This document shows positions 55,020-64,000 of a stretch of 64,000 bases of DNA, piece by piece. This DNA is from Salisapilia sapeloensis CBS 127946 (lineage: Eukaryota; Protista; Oomycota): the NCBI GenBank assembly GCA_023334545.1, contig JAADVB010000066.1:1-64000 (forward strand), given 5' to 3'. Below the pieces are notes generated by a model, which saw nothing but the letters and a program-made list of their open reading frames with translations, was not told the DNA's origin and did no database searches. A program made the position numbers and the translations under genes. The number at the start of each line of letters is the position of its first letter. Within the stretch, counting starts at the first letter, position 1.

Positions 55020-55598
55020 TTACTTCTTGTCCGTATCTACTTTCCAATCGCCACCTTTTGTTCCTCCAGTTTTTTCCAGTACTCGAGTCGATTCAATGAC
55101 GATATCTTTCGACAGTGCTTTACACATGTCATAAACACACAAAGCCGCAGTAGATGCACCCGTCAATGCCTCCATCTCGACACCCGTTTTATGAGTCGTA
55201 CGCACAATACAGTCGATCACAAGAGATCCTTGATCATTTGATGGCAGATGGATATCAATTTTACAATCCTCAATCGGAACTGGATGGCAAAATGGGATCA
55301 AGCTACTAGTCTGTTTCGCAGCTTGGACACCCGCGACAATTGCAGTCGCTACAACTGGGCCTTTCGTGCCCACGAGCTCATGGACAGAATCGGACTCGGA
55401 CTGTCTCAGCTCGGAGAGCACATTCAGAGGCAGTCGAACGATCGATTGTGCCCACGCTGATCGACGCGTACTCGGTTTCTCTCCAACATCCACCATCTGC
55501 GGTCGATTTCCATCCTCACTTACATGCGTGAAAGATGAGCTGCTTCGCCATCGAGTGCCTCGAAAGCGCTGGAGCTTCCATCGACTAATCCGGAGCAT
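55020..55598 (-). CDS. moaC: Cyclic pyranopterin monophosphate synthase MoaC (MOCS1B/CNX3-like) with a mitochondrial presequence
   Basis: 'MVDVGEK', 'AAKQTSSLIPFCHP', 'KTGVEMEALT', 'YDMCKA', 'KTGG'; Arg-rich N-terminus. Confidence 0.95.
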   Translation of the reverse strand: MLRISRWKLQRFRGTRWRSSSSFTHVSEDGNRPQMVDVGEKPSTRRSAWAQSIVRLPLNVLSELRQSESDSVHELVGTKGPVVATAIVAGVQAAKQTSSLIPFCHPVPIEDCKIDIHLPSNDQGSLVIDCIVRTTHKTGVEMEALTGASTAALCVYDMCKALSKDIVIESTRVLEKTGGTKGGDWKVDTDKK

Positions 55599-55722
55599 CG
55601 TGTCTTATCGAGTGGCATTTTGTAAATAAGAACTGACTGGTTCGTTGTATGGGTCGTGGGTGGAGCTCAGTTCGGAATTTCAGAAAGGAAGGACGTACGT
55701 CTCCCTCTTAGCACTCGACTGC

Positions 55723-58220
55723 ATGGCGACGACAACGCAATCGGATACGATGTCGACACGAACTACGAATGTCCGTATGAACAACTCGGACGGACATCAA
55801 GTGCAGCATATTCTCGGCCAATTTGATGCAAAAATAAACAAAATGATGGATTATCCGGCGAAAGACATTATCAATTCCTTGACGATGCTTGCGGAACGGC
55901 GTGAATTTGCGCCGCAGATTGTCCAGTTTCTCGAGACCAAGATCCATCGGGTACTTATATCTACTTTATGCTATCCATGTATGTCGAGGGAGTGTGTCCT
56001 AGGATGAAAAATTAGTCGACATCCAGTCATGACTTGTACTCTTTTCTTTCTCTTTAAAGATCGTGAGAAGATGAAAAGTAAGGACGGAGGAGGCGTGGAA
56101 GAATGGGAGAAGATCGGCTTGTGGACGGAAGTGCATGGCTCGAACGACCTTCAGGATAGTCGGGACTAGACATGCGGTCCCTGCACGAGACGTATAGAAA
56201 TGGCACGATACCATTCGTCCTGTCCGTGTGGACGTACGATACGGGACTCATCATGACCGATAAGCCGGTCTTCTCCCGAGACTCTACACGCATGAATCCT
56301 GTCGATACACAATAAAAAAATCGTTTCTAGTGATAGCTCTCCCCGTCGATGATGTTTTATCTAAACTGCAGTCTTTCACTAACATACATGCTTGCTCGGT
56401 TCCACGTAGGTCCTGCCGCAGTACAAGCTTCCGATCTTTTACTTGACGGACTCGATCCTCAAGAACGTACGCGACCCATATCCCAAACTCTTTACCAAGA
56501 GTATCGTCCCTCTCTATTGCAATTGTGTCCGACAGGTAGCTCTGCCTCCTTCCACCTTTTTCAGTCGTGGTTCTAAATCCTCTTTCTATTAGGTCTCTGA
56601 AAAAGATTTAAAGCGCTTTATGCATGTCTTGAATACGTGGGAATCCACGCGTATATTCCCTCCGGATGCTCTCGCGCAAATGCGTGAAGCTGCGACTCAA
56701 GCACAGCAAGACGCTGGATCGTCACGTCGATCGGCAGCCCCACGTGATCTTCCAGTTACCCAAGCACCATCTCGAGAGCAATCGAAAGACCAAGAGCTGA
56801 GATCTCTCCTTACACAGGTAAGATACAATCTCTCTTCATTATAATTTGCACTTATTAATGACATGCATAGCTACAAAACGATATGGGCATTCATCCGATG
56901 GAACACATGAGTCTGGAGGAAGTGCGGACAAACAACCCGGCGTACTATAGCCAACTCTTGGCATTCCACTCCGGTCAGCCGGTGGAACAAGTCGTTGAGC
57001 CTCCTCGTCAGGCTCCAGAACCCATTGCAGAGACTGGCGGCATTTTGGGTACGCCTCCCGGTCCGTCCCAGGCGATTAAGAGACGTCCAGCACCTCGTCG
57101 ATCATCTCCACCAAAGGATCCGAGAGCAGCCCGGAAGGCAGCGAGTGAGCCCAAGGACCGGTCGGATGCCCCTGTACGCCATGAACGTCCTTCAGACAAA
57201 AAACAAGAGAGTAGTAAATCAGGAAATGTATCGCATCTCATGGAGCTGTTAAAGAAAAAGAAGCAAACGCCAGACTCGACGCCTCCGTCGGAGCCGGAAG
57301 TCGTGACGAACGACCCGCCCCGCGCTCCGGATCCGCATGCTGTCATGTCCATTTTGCAAAAGCTGAAGGGGTTAAACCAGTCGAATGCTTCCAATATGAC
57401 TTCTGCGGCGTCGTCTTCGCCACCAACGAATGTAGATGACTCGGAATCGACAAAGATGTGGTTCAGTGATAAGATCGTAGCTCATAAAGACCGTGTTGAG
57501 TCGAACGTGCACAAGTTGTATGCTGCACTGCCTTTAGTCTGCCGTGAAAGCGGTCTGCGTTTCTCTGATCAGAAGAAGCTCGATGCGCACTTGGATTTCT
57601 TATTCCAGTACAATCGAGCGAAGAAGGAGCGAGGGCGAGGCGGCATCTCTCGTTCGTGGTATCCGGACGAAAGTCAATGGATTTCGGACGTCGTGTCGGA
57701 AAGTGTGCCGAGGGAAACCACTAGTAGTAGTGCCTTTGCCCTGAAAGAGATTGAAGAAGAGTCGAAAGAGTCTTGGGAGAATGCTCGCGTCCCAGTCGAT
57801 GAATCCGTCACTCGATGCCGTATCTGCGGGTATGTTGTCGCTACTGAAGTTTGCTGTTACAAAGTCCTAACAATTTTGTTTGTAGTGAAAACTTTGCCAA
57901 GAGCTGGGACGAAGAAGAGGAAGATTGGATGTACACGAATGCTGTCGTCGGTACGATCCATGATCCGAAGACTGGCAACCCGATGGAACAGACGATCTTC
58001 CACAAGTACTGTCACGACGCAGTGATCTCTAATTCGAAACGATTGACGCCAGATCTACTCATCCCGTTGTCTCCGAGAAAGTCGGACGAAAAGGCAAACA
58101 AGAGATCTTTCGAGGTATGTAGCATTTGTATTGTTATGATATATCTGATACTAATCGGAGTGGATACGATAGGCGGATGTTGACAGTGATGAAGATGTGA
58201 AACGTGCTCGGACGAATTAG
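55723..58220 (+). CDS. PCF11: Cleavage/polyadenylation and termination factor PCF11, multi-exon (intron 1 at 55951-56409)
   Basis: CID 'KDIINSLTMLA…|…KLPIFYLTDSILKNV'; C-terminal zinc-finger region 'CRESGLRF…HLDF…SRSWY' and 'CRICG|ENF…DWMYTNAV…HKYC'. Confidence 0.9.
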
Positions 58221-58450
58221 AAAGCGAATGATTTGTACAGTATGCCAGAGACCGCATGGCACGGGATATGGAAAATGACATGGAGTTCTTTTTTTGCGTT
58301 CCGTGTCCATCTTACACCATTGGCTCCTCCAAATCGCTTCGACTTAATCTATCACGCATTGCTATCCATTTACATCTTCCTCTTTCGACATGACACGGAT
58401 AGAAGGACAGGAAGATGATCAATAAAAATACTTTGACGATCAATATCGCG

Positions 58451-60635
58451 TTAAATTTCGTTCTCATCATAAAAGTTCGAGCATAATGCATCCGGTAATA
58501 TTGTGGTGGAAAACTCCATCGAGTAGTAACATCGTTCGTGAAACTCAGTGCTATCATCCAACTCGCAATTTGTCATTAAACGGGTTTTCCTTCCACTTTC
58601 CTCGTACAGTTGGAGCAGGGAAATGGAGTCTAGTAGCCACCTAGGGACTGAATGAACTGTCGGTGAAGCGGAGTAGTGAGCAGTGAGCAAGTGTTTGGCT
58701 CTCTGTAAAGTTGTCAAACCTAAAGACTCCACTTCCAACTTTTGCTCTTTGCCATCTTCGATTAATCCCTTCCTTTCCTCAGGTAGCGAAATTAAGGCAC
58801 ATATTGCTGATGCGCTCACCTCCAATAAAACAGCATGATCTGCATCGTTGCAAATGGAGAATAGTACTAATTGACCATCGATCTTTAATACTTCTTGCCG
58901 ATTTGCCCTTGACCGAGATGTGACTGCAATACAATCACATAGCGCAATTATACTTTCCAGAACGATTCTGGAGTTGTCATCACGGAGCTTTTTCTTCGCT
59001 ACTGATAGAGCATAGACGATGGCTGCAAGTCCATTCTGAGCAGCTATCCTCGTCTTATTCAACGGGTTACCATGACAGATTGCTGCTAGTGCCAATGCGG
59101 ATGATTTGACGGCACACGAGTCGGATACTTCCACAAGCGTCTTCAAAAGGTTGGACATTCCTTCTCCATATCCGATTGATAATTGGTTGACGGAAGTATA
59201 TGCAAGATTTCCCAGTGCGCCTGCACAAACTGAAATAAGTGGTCCAACTTTATCGATTCGACCATCCTGTAGCGCCATAGCGAGTGCACCGTCACCCTCG
59301 GCAGCCATGACTTCACTGTGGTTGACAACATGATTAAACGTCAAGTTACACAGCAACTTGGCTGCTTCTGTTCGTACTCTGATATCACCACTTTTACGAA
59401 CGAAGTCTACGCATGTTGGAAGGAAATGAAAGTTGGCAATTTGAGATCGCACAATTTCAGAATCTATTGAATACCAGTAAATAAACAATTACACCTTGCA
59501 TATATACCAGAAATTAAATGTACCGTGTGAAAGGTTCACAAGAGCTGAAAGCGCATAAAGCTGAATGTCGTATCTGGATGGTATGAGTGGATCCGAAGTT
59601 TCAAGTGGATTCGTTTGCTGGGAATTCGATACAGGCTGGAGAAGTGCTATTAGAAACCTCACAGCACTCTTTGCAGACAGCACTCGTTTATTTACGGAAG
59701 ACATGGCTAATGCTGCACATAAGCGAGATGCTTCAACGATCACGCGAGAGTTTGACGCTGACTCGAGTATCTGGACAAGCGGTGCAGCAACTCCACTTCC
59801 TATAATCTCTTCTCTTGTCTTAACTGCTGTTGCTAATGAGATTGGCTTATCTTCCAATCGAACATTGTACATTGCATCTTGTTCCTTTTGAATCCGCTTC
59901 AAGTCATATATAGCTATATGGGTTAGTGCTATTAACACTGACCCGGATACCAAGCTGCTCATATTCTCTCGTAAAAGATGAGCGAGGAATGGAAGGACAC
60001 CGGCCTTGACCACTTGTGGTGCCATGTAAGCTGGTAGTAGAGCCAAGCTTTGAGCAAATTTTGCAAAAGCTTCATGATCGAGTGGTATGTGCGTCGGACA
60101 TTGATTATCTGGCAGTGTTGCAGAGCCCTGACATATATTTGTCTGCAGAAAAGAAAGCTGCCACAGTCTTTGAGCCTCCTTATCATGCTTCTCTTGCTTT
60201 AGTTCATCGTGAAGCTCTTTCATCAGCGTCTCCCAATGTCTACGTTCCTTCGTGACAGAATGTTGCTCACTGGCGATTAATTGGCGCTTGGTTGCTTCTA
60301 AGAGTTTTGCCTGACTGTCAGCTTGCACCTGAAGTCTATCCATTTGGCAAGAACAATCGCATTAGATTGAAAAAAATAACATATCTTTATAATTTTATGT
60401 CATGCTCGACCTACTCGTGAATTTGCGATTCCAAGTCTCTAATTTGATGCAGTAGCTTTTGCTCGATTACATCCTTTTCCTGCTGGAGTTGTAGCACTTG
60501 TCTTGACAGCTCTAGTTCTTTGGGCGTTGGTACGTCCGGGTATGTCTACACGTAATTGCTGGTTACCATTAAATTCAACTTTAAATGACATGTAAGTCTA
60601 GAAGTTAATCACTCTACCGCTTCTTCAGGTCTCAT
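58451..60635 (-). CDS. Coiled-coil plus armadillo-repeat protein, multi-exon
   Basis: Exons MRPEEA|TYPDVPTPKEL…HE|LQVQAD…; ARM repeats ('EAAKLLCNLTFNH', 'VCAGALGNLA', 'ALALAAICHGN'); intron near 59490-59525. Confidence 0.75.
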
Positions 60636-60741
60636 GTCCTAGTTTGTGCTTAATGTTGGAACAAACATGTTCGTATTACTCTATTTATATCTGCACTCTA
60701 GATCACTCCATCTTTGATATCAATCCCAACCTCAGCTAACA

Positions 60742-63182
60742 TGCAATCAAACCAGAAGGAACGCCGAGGTATTAGGTCGGATACTATGAGTGTCGATGGT
60801 GGATATTGGGACAATAGGGCTTCTTATGGACACTTCAGTCGACTGAAGCAAAAGCTTCCATCGTTGAACGACTACAAGCGACTTCCAACCAAATACGATG
60901 CTGCTTGTGTTCCACCTGCACAAAGAATGACTCGGCCTAGCCGAAAGCATCGTGAGCGACCCAAAACGTTGCATCCAATTCCTCTTGTTCGAAGTCAATC
61001 TACTGGTGAAAGCGTTATGTCAAACGAGGCGATACGTGCTCATGTATGTAAAAGCACCACAGCGCACAAGAAACTGACGGAACAGAATCTTTACGATGCT
61101 AGACTAAAAGAGGCAAGATTAGCGAAGTCAATGGACGATAAAGAAGAACATGATCTGAAGAAATGGCTAGTGCAATCAAGACACTTACTGGAAACGCTCA
61201 TGGTACCTTCATTGTTAGTGTTCCAAATGTGAGTGATCTAATTTGTTGATTGCAGGCAATGAAAAAGGCTATAGAGGTATTTGAAATACAGGTAAGCCTG
61301 CACTGTTGCTATATACTTACAATCTGTCCTCACCAGTGTCTGTCCTATCTAGCGAGCGCGCTCGCTCAACGAAGTCGCAAAGCAGTACTCTGTTCGAAGT
61401 CTAGAGTTAAAGCTTGTCGGTCTAAAGAATTTGTACGTCATAGATATATAAGCAAAATTGGTCTTTTAAATTTATGTTGTGGCGTCGACGTTGTGAAGGG
61501 AGACCAATATCCGAGGGAAGTGTCATCGTATACTGACACAAATCCAGATCTTGCACAATGAAACTTCTGAACAACTGAAATTAATTGGGTCTCCAAACAG
61601 AAATCAATGTGCTAGACGCAAGATCTCAGACGCTGAAGTTGTAGTTCATGATCTTTGTGGCCGAAAGCTATACTTTCGTGGAGTGCATGGAAAAGCAGTG
61701 GAATGTACAGCTACGTATAGTCACGAGCATACAGAACAATCTATGGAAGAGATTGATGAAAGAGATGATTTTATCTCAAGTTATATGGGCCGACAGAAGC
61801 TCTCGAACAAGATCAGAGTGAAGTTTACCTCTACCAGACCCGCCAAGCTTCATGTTTGCTCAATAGAAATGAAGAGTTGTCTATTTGGCATTGATAACTT
61901 AGAAGCTAGTGATGGAATAATTGTTTCCATCTATGAACCGCAAACTTCCACCTTTGCGCAGATTCATATCGAGAGAACGCAACTTCTGTTGATTTCACCA
62001 CGAGTAGCTACATGGAATAAACTCGCAAAGGTGGGAAATGTACAAACTTGCACAGTCTGATTTCTAATTAAAGTGCGGGCTTTTTACGTTTATAGATTCA
62101 TCGAACCGGTGCTGGTAGCGGAAATGACCATCTTGGAATAAAGCAAATAGCAAAATGCTTATCATGGACCAGAAGTAGCGATAAAACATCTTTACGGCTG
62201 CACTTTCCAGTAATCTATCGATCGTCAAAGATTTTTACGTATCGAAGCTACACATCTCTGTACGGATTTCTATCCGTACGCCCTATAGATGATGGTTACA
62301 GTCTGAAGATTATCTTCCATGATATCCGAACAAGGATATCGATGAAGCTAGAACTCTCTCGTTCCTGGATTGAGAAACAGAATGTTAATTATGCGAGCAC
62401 CATGGCGGAACCAGTGCGTTCACCTCTATCTATTATCTACTGTAGTTACAATTCACCTTTTGACGGCATGCTCATAGGCTGATCGACAGAAGTTTATCAA
62501 GGATCTTACGTCCAAACTTTACGCCGAATACACGACGCTTGGGTTTGAATTATGCTATCCCAGCATGAAACCTAAAGGGAAGCCAGCCCAGCATCCAAAA
62601 GAGAAGTCGGTCATGGAGCGGCATCAGAAAGTTTTAACAGATGAGCGACAGCGTCTGGAACTCGTGCGCAAAACTTGCGTTCAGGAGGCTGCCAGCTTGG
62701 GCATACGACGAGTCGAGAAAGCTTACGAGTACTATCGACTTCAACAGCTACAGATGCAAGAACAAAAGCGACAGCAAGAACTATGTCTTCGCAAAAACGC
62801 TGCTATTATTCGAATCCAATCCGTTCTACGTGGATGGCTTGCTGCTAAACGATTTCGAGCGGTGCTTGCAAAGAGAGCACACGATTTGCGAGGAAATCAT
62901 TTTCAGTACGCATGTCAAATTAATGGCACACACTTGCTTTTAAGTATTCGATTCAACCATGGCAATGGCAATGTATCAATTGCAGCATGCCATCCGACTG
63001 CGAACGCATCTGCTCGATTAGACATCCCCAAACATCAAATCAGCCAACCCTTGACGAACGCAAGTCGACGAGCAATATGCGATAACCTGGTGCATCACCA
63101 TCTCGATGTCTTTCGCTCGGACGAGAACAATATCCTTGTGCTCGGCTTCATTGACCCGTTCAAGAAGCTACAGCTATCCTAG
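60742..63182 (+). CDS. Multi-exon IQ-motif protein of unknown function
   Basis: ORFs 60742-61200, 61551-62030 and 62565-63182 have GT/AG boundaries; IQ motif 'IIRIQSVLRGWLAAKRF' at ~62805-62860. Confidence 0.55.
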
Positions 63183-63288
63183 ATCGTACTTATACCCGCC
63201 ACTTTTATAGCTTCTAGAAAAAGAAATATTACCTTAACGTGCGCATTTGATTGGATAATAAAACCACGTCATAAATTCTTCAGAGAAA

Positions 63289-64000
63289 ATGATGGAAGGA
63301 GGTACGGATGATGTCGTCGCTAGAATCCTACGCGTGCCCATCCACACGCGCGTTCTCATCGTCAGCAGCCTCATTCTAGCCGTTGGATTGACCCTCGGTC
63401 TTGCTTTAAATGCAAATGCTCACATTCCTCAGCCATGGAACCGTCTGTCCAGTATCATCGGATGGATCTACTTTTGCTGCTGGAGTGTCTCCTTCTACCC
63501 ACAGATCTTCCTCAATTACGCTCGTAAAAGCGTAGCTGGGTTCTCACTGGACTATGCGATGCTCAACTTCCTCGGATTCCTTTGTTACTCCATTTTCAAT
63601 TGTGCATTCTACTTTAGCGAAACCGTCCAGAAGGAGTACATGCGCCATCATGGTGGCAATCCGAACGCAGTCGAAGCGAATGACGTTGTCTTCTCTCTTC
63701 ATGCCGCATTGTTAATCGCACTTACACTCTTCCAATGTGCCATCTACCCACGAAATGGACAAACGATCAGTCGAGCGACAAAATTTTGGAGTATTGGCTC
63801 CATCGTCGTCGGTGTCATCTTCGGACTGATCGTAGCTTTTACCCCAGCACCGGATAATCTGGAAGATCGTGACAAAGATGCTATCTTTACGACGCTCAAT
63901 TTGCTTTATTACCTTAGCTACATCAAATTGCTCACGACTCTGGTGAAGTGTCTTCCGCAAATCGCACTCAACTACCATCGCAAGTCGACTGTCGGATGGA
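63289..64000 (+). CDS. CTNS: Cystinosin (PQ-loop lysosomal cystine transporter), truncated by the window end
   Basis: 'IGWIYFCCWSVSFYPQIFLNYARKSVAGFSLDY', 'VEANDVVFSLHA', 'VKCLPQIALNYHRKSTVGW'. Not in the ORF track because it has no stop within the window. Confidence 0.93.
   Translation, partial: MMEGGTDDVVARILRVPIHTRVLIVSSLILAVGLTLGLALNANAHIPQPWNRLSSIIGWIYFCCWSVSFYPQIFLNYARKSVAGFSLDYAMLNFLGFLCYSIFNCAFYFSETVQKEYMRHHGGNPNAVEANDVVFSLHAALLIALTLFQCAIYPRNGQTISRATKFWSIGSIVVGVIFGLIVAFTPAPDNLEDRDKDAIFTTLNLLYYLSYIKLLTTLVKCLPQIALNYHRKSTVGW

Overview
Gene-dense eukaryotic DNA, almost certainly from an oomycete (stramenopile). Support: the calmodulin has the oomycete-type sequence; INR+FPR core-promoter motifs (YCAYTYYNCAWTTTGC-like) lie ~40-70 nt upstream of several starts; introns are short (40-60 nt, GT-AG); and oomycete-style secreted families are present. 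About 30 protein-coding genes were read with hand-spliced introns, plus one tRNA-Lys(CTT). Housekeeping genes: SNAPc3, malic enzyme, ER DnaJ, roadblock light chain, calmodulin, CDC50, IMP3, CBF5/dyskerin, mitoribosomal S18, PP2A-B56, RCF2/HIG1, 5'-nucleotidase, TM9SF, MoaC, PCF11 and cystinosin. There is no rRNA, CRISPR array or recognisable intact transposon. Most interesting observations: (1) a NELF-B/COBRA1 homolog with a complete bromodomain inserted inside it; (2) a PCF11 gene whose first intron is about 8x longer than its neighbours and carries a cryptic acceptor, an immediate stop and AATAAA, resembling vertebrate PCF11 intronic-polyadenylation autoregulation; (3) a motif-less DDX24/Mak5-like helicase half fused to an unknown domain; (4) an ALMT/FUSC-like transporter with an inserted EF-hand pair; (5) a BPI/TULIP-like plus multi-PDZ protein. 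All family calls come from remembered motifs, not database searches, and exon boundaries are manual.
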